A stretch of DNA of 43,804 nucleotides from Synechococcus sp. (GCA_051439425.1 JBFRWD010000098.1:1-43804), one strand, 5' to 3'. Counted from the first letter of the stretch, positions 20,012 to 30,402 are shown. Notes: generated by a model from the sequence alone, not told the origin. Made by a program: numbers and translations.

Positions 20012-20266
20012 ATCGATCTCCCCATCATGCCGCAACTGTACAGGGACGTATCTGCAGGGCAATTGTGGTGAATGCGGAGAGATGCTGATACTTTTTTGAC
20101 CTACGCTAGATGGCGGCAATCGTCCCTCAACAAACGTTCACAAGTCCTACATCTAGCGATCGCAGGACTTGCAAAGAAACATATTGTTTTGTGTTTGTTC
20201 GAGTCGGAGAGCGGTGAGGAAAGGGGGGCTGCTCGATCAAAAATGTAGTGCCCATCTATGAAACCG

Positions 20267-21040
20267 CTACTTGCCCATCACTTTGACCAGCACGATACCC
20301 GCAAAGTATAGAAACGTAACGGCCCCAGCCAGCAAGCTTTGGGTGAGGGGGTCGGTGGAGGGGGTAAGGATCGCTCCAGCAACCACAGAACCGAAGATGA
20401 CAAGCCGCCAAGCCTTCAGCATCTGAGTGGAGTTCACTAACCCGGCCGCCCCCAGAATGCCCTGCAAAATGGGTACTTGAAACGCCAGGCCGGTACTAAA
20501 CAGGAGTAGCAGGACGAATTCAAAGTAGCGATCGATCGACCAGGCTTGATCGACAATGCCCTCACCGTAATGGATGAAGAAATTCAGGGCGGCAGGGATG
20601 AGTAATTGGTGGGCAAACACCAATCCGCCCGCAAATAAGACTCCCGACCCCAAGACAATTGGCCCCAAGATGCGACGTTCCCCTACGGTCAGCCCCGGCA
20701 AGACAAACTTGGCGATCTGATAGAGCAAAAAGGGAGTTGCCAGCAATAGTCCGGAGTAGGCGGCCACTTTCATGGAGACGAAGAAATATTCTCCAGGCGC
20801 AAGCTGTAGAAAGGTAACACCGTGGGCGGGCATCTCCAAAATCGCCACGATGTTTTTGACGACAGCGAAGCAAGCGATGATGCAAACAACAACGGCAATA
20901 ACGCTGGCAAACAGCCGAGACCTCAGCTCTTCTAGGTGCTCGAACAACGACATTTCCACTTCATCGGGAAGCTCGTTGCGCGGATCGGGAGACTGCTCTG
21001 GTTCGAGGGAATTACCTTGTTGCTCCGCAGCAATGGTCAT
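20267..21040 (-). CDS. tatC: Twin-arginine translocase TatC
   Basis: EMSLFEHLEELRSR, FVLPGLT..E, AFQVP, LTPSTDP. Confidence 0.95.
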   Translation of the reverse strand: MTIAAEQQGNSLEPEQSPDPRNELPDEVEMSLFEHLEELRSRLFASVIAVVVCIIACFAVVKNIVAILEMPAHGVTFLQLAPGEYFFVSMKVAAYSGLLLATPFLLYQIAKFVLPGLTVGERRILGPIVLGSGVLFAGGLVFAHQLLIPAALNFFIHYGEGIVDQAWSIDRYFEFVLLLLFSTGLAFQVPILQGILGAAGLVNSTQMLKAWRLVIFGSVVAGAILTPSTDPLTQSLLAGAVTFLYFAGIVLVKVMGK

Positions 21041-21188
21041 GGGTGCCAGTGGTCTCTAGAAACGTTGGCTTATTCTAACCCGTGACTTTCCGTGCAGGCT
21101 GCTCTGAATGGAAGATAGCGTTGCAATGCGATGGAAGCAATGGGTCTTCTATTCCCTCGACCTCAAGCCCAAGCAATAGGGTACTGCG

Positions 21189-21644
21189 ATGAAACAGATC
21201 CTCTATTTCGATATGGATAATGTTCTGGTGGACTTTCCATCGGCGTTGACTCAGCTTGATGAGCAAACGCTCCGCGAATTTGCAGGTCGATTGGATGAAG
21301 TGCCTGGAATTTTTTCGTTGATGAAGCCCCTGTCTGGGGCCCTCGAAGCATACTCCGAGCTTGTGACTCTCTTCGATACGTATATCCTGTCTACGGCTCC
21401 CTGGCAGAATCCATCTGCTTGGGCCGATAAGCTGCTGTGGGTACAACACTATCTCGGCAAACCAGCCCACAAGCGACTCATCCTCTCCCACAACAAGCAC
21501 CTCAATCTGGGTGACTATTTAATCGATGACCGGACAAAAAATGGTGCCGATCGCTTTCCTGGCGAGCACATCCACTTCGGCACTGAAAGGTTTCCTGATT
21601 GGGACACGGTTCGAACCTATCTGGTTGCCAAAGCAGCCGAATAG
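21189..21644 (+). CDS. 5'(3')-deoxyribonucleotidase (NT5C, HAD family)
   Basis: YFDMDNVLVDF, YILSTAPW, K..W, GDYLIDDR, FPDW. Confidence 0.85.
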   Translation: MKQILYFDMDNVLVDFPSALTQLDEQTLREFAGRLDEVPGIFSLMKPLSGALEAYSELVTLFDTYILSTAPWQNPSAWADKLLWVQHYLGKPAHKRLILSHNKHLNLGDYLIDDRTKNGADRFPGEHIHFGTERFPDWDTVRTYLVAKAAE

Positions 21645-21679
21645 ACTAACAATGCAATCCGGGATTGATATCGAATCGT

Positions 21680-22264
21680 ATGGTTCTGAAGTGGGATCTG
21701 AACAGCATTGTCCGTGGATACAGCCACGGTTTTTTTCTGATGGATGATGGTCTCGGTCACCTCAACTGGTACGGTACGCCGGAAGAGCGCACACTCATCC
21801 CTCTGGACGATCGCTTTCGCTATCCTCGCTCTCTACGCCGTATCCTCAACCGCGATCGATTCAGCGTTCGCATTAACAGTGCCTTCGATCGCGTAGTGGC
21901 AGGGTGCGCCGATCGTGACGAGACCTGGATTAGCACCGAACTGGGGCAGATTTACAAAATACTGCACGACGCAGGTTGGGCACACAGCTTTGAAACTTGG
22001 GAGGGAGATCGCTTGGCAGGAGGAGTCTTGGGGATAGCGATCGGTGGAGCATTTATTGGGGAATCGATGTTTTTTGCCATTCCCGATGGGTCTAAAGTGG
22101 CGATGGTCAAGCTGGTGGAACATTTACGCGAGCGAAATTTTCAGCTCTTCGACGCCCAACTGAGCAATCCCCACCTCAGTCGATTCGGCTCCGTATCTGT
22201 TTCTTCAGACGATTACACGAAAAACCTGCAGGAGGCCATCCAACTCCCCTGCAGGTTTAATTAA
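21680..22264 (+). CDS. aat: Leucyl/phenylalanyl-tRNA-protein transferase
   Basis: [42 protein letters not shown]. Confidence 0.92.
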   Translation: MVLKWDLNSIVRGYSHGFFLMDDGLGHLNWYGTPEERTLIPLDDRFRYPRSLRRILNRDRFSVRINSAFDRVVAGCADRDETWISTELGQIYKILHDAGWAHSFETWEGDRLAGGVLGIAIGGAFIGESMFFAIPDGSKVAMVKLVEHLRERNFQLFDAQLSNPHLSRFGSVSVSSDDYTKNLQEAIQLPCRFN

Positions 22265-22305
22265 TAGTCTAAGATTTCGGTCGGCGAGTCTTGCGATACC
22301 AGTTC

Positions 22306-22866
22306 TCAGTCTTCAGCTTGCTGCTGTCGTTTCTGTTGACCAAACTCTCGCCACTGCTGAAACAGGACTTTGACATTGAAGCGGAATTCAGACAATCCTA
22401 TCAGTCCACCCTCTCGTTCGGGCTCCCACGAAGCCGACAATACTCCGTAGGTCAGTCCTACAAAACCCATGCCAAACAAGGCAAGGGTTTCAGAGTAGGT
22501 GAACCAGGTGGGCAGCTCAAAAATGTGATTGACCAGCAGGTAGTAGTTGATGAAGAAAGCGCTCATCCCCAATGTTGTGGGCACACCCGCCAACCAACTG
22601 GCCCTGCGAATCATCCGCTTGCTGACGTCTTCCGGTATGAAGTTGGAGGGCAGTTCGCGATCGCTAGTGCTTGCGTTTTGGGCCGCTGCTTTCACCGTAG
22701 ATTTAGCCTCTCCCTCGGCCGCAGGGCCGCTGGATTGCTGACTCACATCAAACGGTAATGGCTTGGCATTTCCTGCACCCGACTTGCTGGAGCGAGAATT
22801 TCTAGCTCCAGAAGAGCCGGAGTTCTTCGACCGTTTGGAGTTTTTCTTGGATTTACGCCGAGCCAT
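22306..22866 (-). CDS. PAM68-family photosystem II assembly protein
   Basis: IPEDVSKRMIRR...GVPT, GLTYGVLSASWEPEREG.LIG.SEF. Confidence 0.88.
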   Translation of the reverse strand: MARRKSKKNSKRSKNSGSSGARNSRSSKSGAGNAKPLPFDVSQQSSGPAAEGEAKSTVKAAAQNASTSDRELPSNFIPEDVSKRMIRRASWLAGVPTTLGMSAFFINYYLLVNHIFELPTWFTYSETLALFGMGFVGLTYGVLSASWEPEREGGLIGLSEFRFNVKVLFQQWREFGQQKRQQQAED

Positions 22867-22869
22867 AAA

Positions 22870-23145
22870 TTATTTGCGGACGCGGATATTTAGGCGCTTG
22901 GTGATGTCGAAGAAGCGCTCGGGGCTTTCGTTTTGGATGAAGCCTAGCAGGCGCTTGCGCTTACCGATGATGGTCATTAGGCCACGGCGGGAGGCGTAGT
23001 CTTTGGGGTTAGCTTGTAGGTGCTTGGTGAGCTGGGTGATGCGCTCGGTCAGCATGGCCACTTGTACTTCGGCAGACCCCGTATCGGTTTCGTGCTTCTG
23101 GTACTCGGAAATCAGTTCTTGCTTGCGCTCTTGCAACAATGCCAT
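22870..23145 (-). CDS. rpsO: 30S ribosomal protein S15
   Basis: HETDTGSAEVQVAMLT.RI..L..HL, D..SRRGL. Confidence 0.97.
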   Translation of the reverse strand: MALLQERKQELISEYQKHETDTGSAEVQVAMLTERITQLTKHLQANPKDYASRRGLMTIIGKRKRLLGFIQNESPERFFDITKRLNIRVRK

Positions 23146-23306
23146 GTGCGTTCTGTCGGTTTTAATGCAAGGACTATGCTATCACTCTCATCCAAATATT
23201 TTGCAACGAATTGTCGGGATAACAGAAATTCCCCTGCCCTGCGTTACTCTCTCTGTACGGCATTCTCTCCATCATTACTGAAGGGTCTCAATACTGTCGA
23301 AGTATT

Positions 23307-24023
23307 TCAGTACTGCCGATCTTCTACCCACACCCCGACTAGAGCAGAGTTGCCTCGGCGATCGACCTTGACTTCCACTAAGGTGTCCACGCGATGCTCG
23401 CGAATATCGTCTTCAAGGTCATCCCCAATCGTCTCGGGAATAAAGTAACTATCTAGCCCCAGGTCGATCGCAACATGCCCAACGTTATGAGGGGCTACCT
23501 TCAACTCAGCGGCTAGTATCTGTTGGCCCTGCTCCAGCTCTACGGGCAGACGATAGGTGATTTCGACGGCTTTCCATGCAATCACTGGGTTAGGTTCTAT
23601 GGATTCAGATGGTCCGGACTCAGATGAGCTGGATTCAAGCGCTGTAGAGTCTTGGGGCTCCATGATGAAGGAGATGCGATCGGGCATCTGCTCAAAGGTT
23701 GCTTCCATCTGGTCTACCGACAGATAACCTGGGAGGGTCTCAATAGACGGTGGATCTTCAAGAAAGTAGTCGAGGGTAACGTAGCGACCTCGCAGCGGGT
23801 CGTAGGGATCGATGGGGCGAGTTTCCAGAAAAATGCTGGTGCCGGTAGCCAGAGTCAGTGCTTTGGGAATGGGAATTGCCAGTACAATGCCCACCTGCGC
23901 CACAACAGCGAGGGCAAAGGCCCACGACCAGCGATTGCGAGAAAGAGGAGCGTTCACAAGCGGTCTCCAATAGGTATCTAATTCATATGGTCTGTCCGAG
24001 TCGGCTATCGGTTGGCCTCTCAA
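23307..24023 (-). CDS. GDYXXLXY-domain membrane-anchored protein
   Basis: N-terminal TM; LETRPIDPYDPLRGRYVTLDY; GLDSYFIPE; overlaps the upstream DUF2157 gene. Confidence 0.82.
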   Translation of the reverse strand: MRGQPIADSDRPYELDTYWRPLVNAPLSRNRWSWAFALAVVAQVGIVLAIPIPKALTLATGTSIFLETRPIDPYDPLRGRYVTLDYFLEDPPSIETLPGYLSVDQMEATFEQMPDRISFIMEPQDSTALESSSSESGPSESIEPNPVIAWKAVEITYRLPVELEQGQQILAAELKVAPHNVGHVAIDLGLDSYFIPETIGDDLEDDIREHRVDTLVEVKVDRRGNSALVGVWVEDRQY

Positions 24024-25495
24024 CGCTCTAAGCGGGACGGTTGCTGCAATCGGCGCTCAAAGCTCATCCCCGCCGCGATCGTTCCGATGCCGCAGACGAT
24101 TAAGACGATTGACTTGAGTAGTAGACCGGTGTCGTATTCAAAAAAGCGGCTGAGAATTTGTAGGGTAACCGCCAGCAATCCCGCCCAGTAATACCAGCGA
24201 GTTCCCATTTGCAGGCCTGCCCAAATCAGCGTGCAAGCCAAGCCAAACAACAGCAAATTAAAGATCCACGAGGTGTACGACCACGGTATTCCCAGATTAA
24301 TTAGCAGCACCGTTGCCACACTGACCATCCCCACAGCCGCATCGAGAGTGATCGTAGTTCGAGTGATCGTAGTTCGAGTCGCCGTAGTTCGAGTGACCGT
24401 TGTTCGAGTCGCCCTTGACTGGCGATCGCGAATCATCCACACCCACAACACGGAGGAGAGTCCCACCAATCCCCAAATCGTCCCTGTCAAGATCGGGGCT
24501 TTACCAACCAATTCCCCCCAGTTCGGTCGCAGCCAGCCTTCTGACCACATGTACAACTGACCAATACTGAGAATGGAAAACGCCCCCAACAGTCCAAACA
24601 TGCTGAGAATGCGGGCAAACGGAGCAAACTCTAAACTCTGAGATTGGTTCGCCTCCAATGGATTTGGATCGGAATCAGTCTCACGATCCAACGAGCATTC
24701 CGGTAGCCATTGCACGATATCTGGAACCATTCGCTGGTGAACTGTGCCATACGCCCACCACATCGACGTCAAGCCAATGTAGACCAGCCAGAACAAGTAC
24801 GTTTCGGTTGCCGAATGTAGCCCAACATTGTTAAACACTGCCCACACTGCAGAAACATTGGTCGCCAACACCACAGCCGCGAATACCCAGCGAGAGCGAC
24901 ACCAATAGGCCAGCGGCAATCCAGTAGCCAGAACCATCAGCGGAGCCAGGGCAGTCGGTTCTTCCGACCAGGTCAGTTGAAACAACACCATAGCCAAAAC
25001 ACCACTCAGGTTATGGCGTGCCGTCACCGCAACCCCGAATACTCCCAGCCCCCACCAGAAGTACAGTCCAGCAGGCGAGCCACCCACTTGAAACCACTGA
25101 GCCATCAGTCCAAGGCTGGCCCCCAACATGAGTTGCCCCACTAGCAATAGCGCACTGCCCAGTCGCCGATAGTTCTTGGATTGTCCCGAGCCTCTCAATA
25201 GCCAGTAGCCAGTTGTATCGAAGCACACCATTAGAGCGAGCACGCCGATCGCACGCACGCTGGGCAGCAGGCGATCCCAGTTGGCTGCCACAAATGAAAT
25301 AGCGCCCAAACCAATCAGGAGGGCTCCGATTGTCAGAAGAACAGTGGTAAATCGACTATTGGCTTCGCGGGCGAGCCGATCAAGTTGGTAGTACTGCCGA
25401 AAGCGATCTCGTTGGTCTTCTGCGATCAAGCCATTGGCGATCCACTCATCCAGCGATTGTGCGACCTGACGACGAAAGCGTGTGTCTGCTGTCAT
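24020..25495 (-). CDS. DUF2157-family membrane protein
   Basis: W...GLI...Q, IGALLIGLGAISFVAANW, GASLGLMAQWFQ; many TM helices; usual partner of GDYXXLXY proteins. Confidence 0.82.
   Translation of the reverse strand: MTADTRFRRQVAQSLDEWIANGLIAEDQRDRFRQYYQLDRLAREANSRFTTVLLTIGALLIGLGAISFVAANWDRLLPSVRAIGVLALMVCFDTTGYWLLRGSGQSKNYRRLGSALLLVGQLMLGASLGLMAQWFQVGGSPAGLYFWWGLGVFGVAVTARHNLSGVLAMVLFQLTWSEEPTALAPLMVLATGLPLAYWCRSRWVFAAVVLATNVSAVWAVFNNVGLHSATETYLFWLVYIGLTSMWWAYGTVHQRMVPDIVQWLPECSLDRETDSDPNPLEANQSQSLEFAPFARILSMFGLLGAFSILSIGQLYMWSEGWLRPNWGELVGKAPILTGTIWGLVGLSSVLWVWMIRDRQSRATRTTVTRTTATRTTITRTTITLDAAVGMVSVATVLLINLGIPWSYTSWIFNLLLFGLACTLIWAGLQMGTRWYYWAGLLAVTLQILSRFFEYDTGLLLKSIVLIVCGIGTIAAGMSFERRLQQPSRLER
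24346..24413. repeat. Intragenic 15-bp tandem repeat (about 4.5 copies)
   Basis: GAGTGATCGTAGTTC x2, GAGTCGCCGTAGTTC, GAGTGACCGTTGTTC, GAGTCGCC; encodes (A/V/I)TRTT units. Confidence 0.9.
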
Positions 25496-25679
25496 GAATG
25501 CGTTCCACTCCCAGCGTTAGAGGCTGAATATTCCTATTCTGGAAGGACTTTTGGGGTGGTGTCAGCAGGATTGGTGCCAGTTCGACGATTGGTTGCCTGG
25601 AAGAGATCGGCAACATGCGATCGCTGTCACTGTTGCGCCAGTGTTGTTCCGGTCCATTCCACAGTGCGAGATGTGTCAA

Positions 25680-26054
25680 TTAGAGCAACTTTTCAAACCG
25701 CTTGCGTAAGGCGTCCAGGTCATCATCGCTAATTTCAGTTTCTTGAGCTCGCGGCGGTTCGCTATCCAATTCTGACTCGTATCCCGGCACGTTGGACTCG
25801 GGGGGAACCATAAAATCTTCGGCGGTCACAAGTTTGTAGGAATAACCCGCTCCATCACAAAATTCCTTGATGACCGAGTCATCTATTTCCTCAACCGTCA
25901 GGGGAGGACCATCCTGAGCTTCCAGCAAAACCCCGAATCGAGTGGCATCATCCTGCTGCTCGAACATCAGCACCGTGCATTTATCGCCAGTACTTAAGGT
26001 GTGAATTCCCTCGTTATCGGTACCGGCATTGAACAGTAGCACGAAAATTTTCAT
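25680..26054 (-). CDS. DUF3110-family protein
   Basis: FVLLFNAGTDNEGIH, VLMFE..DDA.RF..LLEAQD, PPE.N, LDALRKRFEKLL. Confidence 0.85.
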   Translation of the reverse strand: MKIFVLLFNAGTDNEGIHTLSTGDKCTVLMFEQQDDATRFGVLLEAQDGPPLTVEEIDDSVIKEFCDGAGYSYKLVTAEDFMVPPESNVPGYESELDSEPPRAQETEISDDDLDALRKRFEKLL

Positions 26055-26174
26055 AACTCTGTCGGGATAGACACCATTGGTTTGCATTGTACGGACATGG
26101 TTTGCCTGGGGCTAGATGTACGTATGTGGGGGGCGGACGACAGCCATTACGTTTGATGACTGTGCACGCCGCCT

Positions 26175-26939
26175 TTACAGTTGGATGGCTTCCAGCCAAT
26201 TGGGGTGGGTGGGGTGCGGCAGCAGTTGACTTTTGAAGCGAGTGACGTCGTACTTGGGAGGATCGCTCTGGGGGGTGGTGAAGGTTGGAGGAGCTAGCTC
26301 TAAAGCTTGGCAAGCAGCGGTGTAGTACTGCTGCCGGGTGGGGGATGGCAGGGTGAGGCCGATGTAGGTGGAATCAGGGTGGGGCAGTTCGAGGGCTGTA
26401 GTGGTGGCGACCGCTGCGTCGTCGTAGTGAATCAATGCTAGCAATTTGTTTGGCGGGCCAGCGGGGGCAGTACCGCGGCGGGCTAATGGGGTAATGGGGC
26501 CCCGACCGGGGCGATACAGTCCGCCAAAGCGAATGACAATCCCAGCCTCTCCTGCCCATGTTCGAAACGCGTGTTCGGTGGCGGCAATGTATTGGGGGCG
26601 CTCTTCGGGACCCGGAGGAGTTTCGGTGGTGATGAGACCGCTGGCGTTGGAACCGTAGTAGCCTGTGGAGCTAATCAGGACGGCTCTTTGGGGAGGTGGG
26701 GTTTGGGACAATTGGGAGATCGCTTCCCCTTGAGCGGCATAACCGGGAATTGCCAGTAATAGCGTGTCGTCTGGTTTCAGAATATCGGCTGCACTACCGA
26801 CTCGGGCTTCTACTCCCATTGCCTGCAATGTGGAATGTCGGTTGAGGGTCTTGGTAATGCCGACAACTGAGCCGTTTTTCCAGAGCTGTGCTACCCGACC
26901 ACCAAGTTCTCCGGCTCCCCAAATTACCAATCGACCCAT
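26175..26939 (-). CDS. NAD(P)-binding Rossmann protein (atypical SDR/epimerase-like)
   Basis: LVIWGAGELG, LISSTGYYG, RFGGLYRPGR, IHYDDAA. Confidence 0.78.
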   Translation of the reverse strand: MGRLVIWGAGELGGRVAQLWKNGSVVGITKTLNRHSTLQAMGVEARVGSAADILKPDDTLLLAIPGYAAQGEAISQLSQTPPPQRAVLISSTGYYGSNASGLITTETPPGPEERPQYIAATEHAFRTWAGEAGIVIRFGGLYRPGRGPITPLARRGTAPAGPPNKLLALIHYDDAAVATTTALELPHPDSTYIGLTLPSPTRQQYYTAACQALELAPPTFTTPQSDPPKYDVTRFKSQLLPHPTHPNWLEAIQL

Positions 26940-27036
26940 GCGTTGTTCCACGACTATCGGCATTCAGGCTACATCGGCATTCGATCTCGCACAATCATTG
27001 ATTTTGTTTTTCACTTGTTTGTCTTTCGTCGATATT

Positions 27037-27726
27037 TTATGGCTTCACATGTGTGACGGTACCGAGCCAGCGATCGCAACTCATCTTCCGTGCCTGTAAA
27101 CCAAAGACGGTTTCGAAGGACTGAATGATGAGTGGTTGTACGTCTTCCATCGAGATGCCGGGAACGAATTGCTCCAGGCTGCCGACTGGGCGATCGCCAA
27201 TGCCGCATGGGACGATGCGGGAGAAGTCTTCTAAGTTTGGGCAAACGTTAAACGAGAACCCGTGCCAGGTAATCCACTTCGTTGCCCGGATTCCAATCGC
27301 CCCCAGTTTGGCTCCTTCGACCCACACTCCAGTCAATCCATCGATCCGCTCGCCAAGAATGTCGAATGTAGCCAATACATTAATCAAGACTTGTTCCAGT
27401 TGCCGCATGTACCAGTGCAAGTCTTGTTGGTGGCGGCGCAAATTGAGTAGGGGATAACCCACCCACTGTCCTGGTCCGTGATACGTGACTTCCCCACCTC
27501 GTTCGACTCGATGAACTTCGTAATGGGTGGTGTCGGGATCGAATTTGAGAAAGTCGGGGGTGGCTCCTTGGCCGAGAGTGTAAACGGGGGGATGGGAGAG
27601 GAGCAGGAGGGCATCGGGGCGATTGCTGGTTTGCATGCTAGCCAGGCGTTGTTTTTGCCAAGCCCAAGCAGTGGTGTAAGGGACGTTGCCAGGCAAGCAG
27701 AGATCGAGGAAGTGCGGGGCAGTCAT
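27037..27726 (-). CDS. lipB: Lipoyl(octanoyl) transferase
   Basis: [38 protein letters not shown]. Confidence 0.95.
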   Translation of the reverse strand: MTAPHFLDLCLPGNVPYTTAWAWQKQRLASMQTSNRPDALLLLSHPPVYTLGQGATPDFLKFDPDTTHYEVHRVERGGEVTYHGPGQWVGYPLLNLRRHQQDLHWYMRQLEQVLINVLATFDILGERIDGLTGVWVEGAKLGAIGIRATKWITWHGFSFNVCPNLEDFSRIVPCGIGDRPVGSLEQFVPGISMEDVQPLIIQSFETVFGLQARKMSCDRWLGTVTHVKP

Positions 27727-27971
27727 GAATAAATATCGAGTAGACCGCTAGCAATTGGCTAGCGAAGGGGATTGTGAAAAAGTCCAAATCGCCCAGATAG
27801 AGAATTTATGTCTCTCAGATGCAGTTGGGCGGACTGATGTAGACAGAGACAGAGTTGTTAAGATTTGCCACATCTAGGGACTACGGATGTGGGTCTAATC
27901 GACGCGAACAACTCATTCCTCAAATTCTATTTGGAGGTTTCAGGCCTGAGAGATTCAATTATCGACGCTAG

Positions 27972-28174
27972 GGACATTGTCAACTAAAGTCGGAAGCATC
28001 CAAATTGAGCACTACATTGTATCGGCGACACGTCGATCCCGACGGCTTTGCATCAAGATGTTGATGACTTGCCCGTTCTTGTCGATCGCACGTCAGATAT
28101 AGCACTGCTTGCCCTCGATCTTGAGCTGTGCATCATCCTGCCATTTATCAGCAGCCGTTAAGTTGTCAATGACC
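27972..28174 (-). mobile_element. Internally deleted IS6-family element (about 200 bp, both inverted ends retained)
   Basis: Imperfect inverted ends GGACATTGTCAACT (27972-27985) and AGTTGTCAATGACC (28161-28174); minus strand reads DKWQDDAQLKIEGKQCYI*RAIDKNGQVINILMQSRRDRRVA, the IS6 catalytic core with a stop codon. Confidence 0.8.
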
Positions 28175-28268
28175 TGTAACGATTGGATGGCTCTCATTGG
28201 CGAAGTCCTTCTCTGAGTGTGCGCAACAAACCGTTACAGTATTAGTGATTTCTTGAGAGATTCAGTCC

Positions 28269-29183
28269 ATGGCCGATTCGGACGCGACCCCGACCCCTAC
28301 TCCCCTATCCGTTGCACTGCTGGGGGAAGCAATTGACAGTGGGGATGTTGCTAAGCCGGATTTAGAGGCGGCGATCGCCGATAGTCCGTTAGTTGGCCTG
28401 GCCCAGTCTGAAGAGGCGGCTGATATTCGGGTGGTAGCTCAGCCCAATTCTATTTTTCGGCTGTATCCCAAAGACAGTTCTGTCGCTTTGGCTGCGTTTC
28501 GGATTCCAGTCAAAAAGGTGCGATCGCTGCAACGCAAGATGCGAAGTATTTTGGAGCAAATCGCGGCATTCCGAAATCTCTCGACAATTGAGGCGCCTGA
28601 GTCATATATCGAGGGGACTATCAAGGTTGATTTTGTACAGTTGTTGGAGCCTGCCACTCGGGGAAGTTTGAAGGAACCGGCGGCGGCTCCGCTACGGACA
28701 AATGAGTCGGGTGAGTACCTGCTGGGTAGCGGTAAGAATTTAGCGATTACATTCGAGCACAGCTCTCCCAATCCGCTCTACCTCTATGTGGTGTCGCTCG
28801 ATCGCCGCTTGCAAAGTTCGGGGTTGATTTATCCCTACAAGGAGGAATTTTCAGCTCGGGTGAAGGGGGACGATCCGGTGCTGTTGGTGGGGGCTGGCCC
28901 GGATTACTTGCTGGAGATGCAGGTGCCGGAGGGGTACAGCGACGGGCTGGATGTGTTCAAGATTTTTGTCAGTCAGTCGGCGATCGAGCCAGATATTTTC
29001 CGATTGCCGAATCTGGGAACTCGTAAGGAGAGTCCTTCAGATTATTACGGGTCTGGGGCTCGGTTAGATCGCGATCTACGTAGTGTGATGTTGGGGGAGA
29101 CGGGGACGGCTCCTATTCCTCAGTTTGGAACAGACCCTTGGTGGTGTACCGAGCGATTGGTGCGAGTGGTACGAGAAAACTAG
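28269..29183 (+). CDS. Hypothetical protein resembling the non-catalytic C-terminal (DUF4384-like) part of cyanobacterial caspase-family proteins
   Basis: LEQIAAFRNL, G.NLAITF...SPNPLYLYVVSLD...IYP, PEG...GLDVFKIFVS, terminal W; no caspase HG/DAC motifs seen. Confidence 0.5.
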   Translation: MADSDATPTPTPLSVALLGEAIDSGDVAKPDLEAAIADSPLVGLAQSEEAADIRVVAQPNSIFRLYPKDSSVALAAFRIPVKKVRSLQRKMRSILEQIAAFRNLSTIEAPESYIEGTIKVDFVQLLEPATRGSLKEPAAAPLRTNESGEYLLGSGKNLAITFEHSSPNPLYLYVVSLDRRLQSSGLIYPYKEEFSARVKGDDPVLLVGAGPDYLLEMQVPEGYSDGLDVFKIFVSQSAIEPDIFRLPNLGTRKESPSDYYGSGARLDRDLRSVMLGETGTAPIPQFGTDPWWCTERLVRVVREN

Positions 29184-29184
29184 A

Positions 29185-29555
29185 GAACAGCTTCTCGGTA
29201 TTTCCGACTGAGAGCGGAATATACTCATGGACTTCGGGAGATTTACAGCGACCCATCCGCCTTTCCCTAACCCTTGTGGGTCGATGCGATTTTTCCACTA
29301 GATTGTTCAACCCTTTATGCTGCCTGTGGTCTACCTACCCCCTGAGGATATGTTTCATCATGGCAACGTAGCTTCTGAGCGGCTTTGCAGCAATATCTTC
29401 TCGATATCCCGCAAGTTCAGAGGAAAGGAATAACACAGCCAGACGCAATAGGTGACGATCTCGCCGGGGAAATGATGCCGCTTGTAACTGGTACTCATTC
29501 CCTAAGCCTTCCATCGTCTTGGGTTTATTGCTAGAGCGGTTAAGTTGTCAATGTC
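29185..29555 (-). mobile_element. Deleted IS6-family element (left end plus N- and C-terminal transposase pieces)
   Basis: End GACATTGACAACTTAAC (29555-29539); ATG at 29498 gives MSTSYKRHHFPGEIVTYCVWL...LRDIEK, jumping to ILLQSR, then LRSY...HRQHKGLNNLVEKSHRPTRVRERRMGRCKSP. Confidence 0.85.
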
Positions 29556-29606
29556 AGCCTGGAGATTTCACAGATGCCAGGGGACTATAAAAATTATTCC
29601 GCTTTC

Positions 29607-29770
29607 AGTCCAATTCGTTGTTCAGGCTCGCCATGAGAGGTGCCATCAAACTACGAATGCATGGCAGCAAGCCTGCGGAAGAGCGATTCTCTATCACTTC
29701 TACGCTGACACAACACTATGATGGATATCTCAGAACTCAACCGGCTGGCTGAACGGGAGCGGGAGTGGCG
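29607..29770 (+). repeat. Direct-repeat copy of the hoxE-hoxF spacer and first ~16 hoxF codons (partner 36423-36583)
   Basis: By-eye alignment gives 12 substitutions and one 3-nt insertion over ~160 nt; translates [15 protein letters not shown] versus Hox[16 protein letters not shown]. Confidence 0.95.
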
Positions 29771-30402
29771 GTGTTCAAGAGCTGCTGGACTTCCGCATCG
29801 GAGGTTTGACCGAAATCCTCGTACCACTGGCCGATCGCAAAGAAAGGTTCGGGAGTGGCAAGACAGACAACTCGATCGACATCCGCTTCCAACTCTTCGC
29901 AGATAGATAGAGGTGCTACCGGAGTTGCCACCACAATCCGATTGGGTCGGTGCTGCCGCAATGTAGAAATAGCAGCTCTGAGAGTCGCTCCGGTTGCAAT
30001 GCCGTCATCCACCAGCACGACTACTTTTCCCTTCAAGTTAGGTGCCGGGCGGCCGCGACGGTAGAGGAGATCGCGCCTCTCTAATTCGTGTTGTTCTTCC
30101 GCAAGAACCCGATCGATCTCGGATTGAGAAACTCTACAAGACTCAAGCACATCCGGGTTCATTACCACTACGCCACCCATGCCGATTGCCCCCATGGCCA
30201 GCTCTCTGCGACCCGGAACTCCTAACTTGCGCACAACACAAACATCTAGAGGAGCATGGAGCGATTGAGCGACCTCAAATGCTACAGGTACACCCCCTCG
30301 GGGTAATCCCAATACCACCACATCGCCTCGGTTTGCGTAGGCTTTGAGTCGGGAGGCTAGGTGTTTTCCCGCTTCGACTCGATTGGAAAATGGCACTAAC
30401 AT
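29737..30402 (-). CDS. Type I phosphoribosyltransferase
   Basis: F.NR..AG..LA, LGLPRGGVPVA, VRKLGVPG..ELAMGA, VVLVDDGIATGAT PRPP loop; GGAGG RBS before ATG 30402. Confidence 0.9.
   Translation of the reverse strand: MLVPFSNRVEAGKHLASRLKAYANRGDVVVLGLPRGGVPVAFEVAQSLHAPLDVCVVRKLGVPGRRELAMGAIGMGGVVVMNPDVLESCRVSQSEIDRVLAEEQHELERRDLLYRRGRPAPNLKGKVVVLVDDGIATGATLRAAISTLRQHRPNRIVVATPVAPLSICEELEADVDRVVCLATPEPFFAIGQWYEDFGQTSDAEVQQLLNTATPAPVQPAG

Noticed and set aside
27746..27764. Palindrome CGCTAGC-aattg-GCTAGCG upstream of lipB
   Set aside because: Single short hairpin with no second copy, T-tail or recognisable operator consensus.
29718..29906. 62-aa ORF as a functional mini-HoxF
   Set aside because: Only the first ~16 residues derive from hoxF; the rest is the antisense of the PRTase gene.
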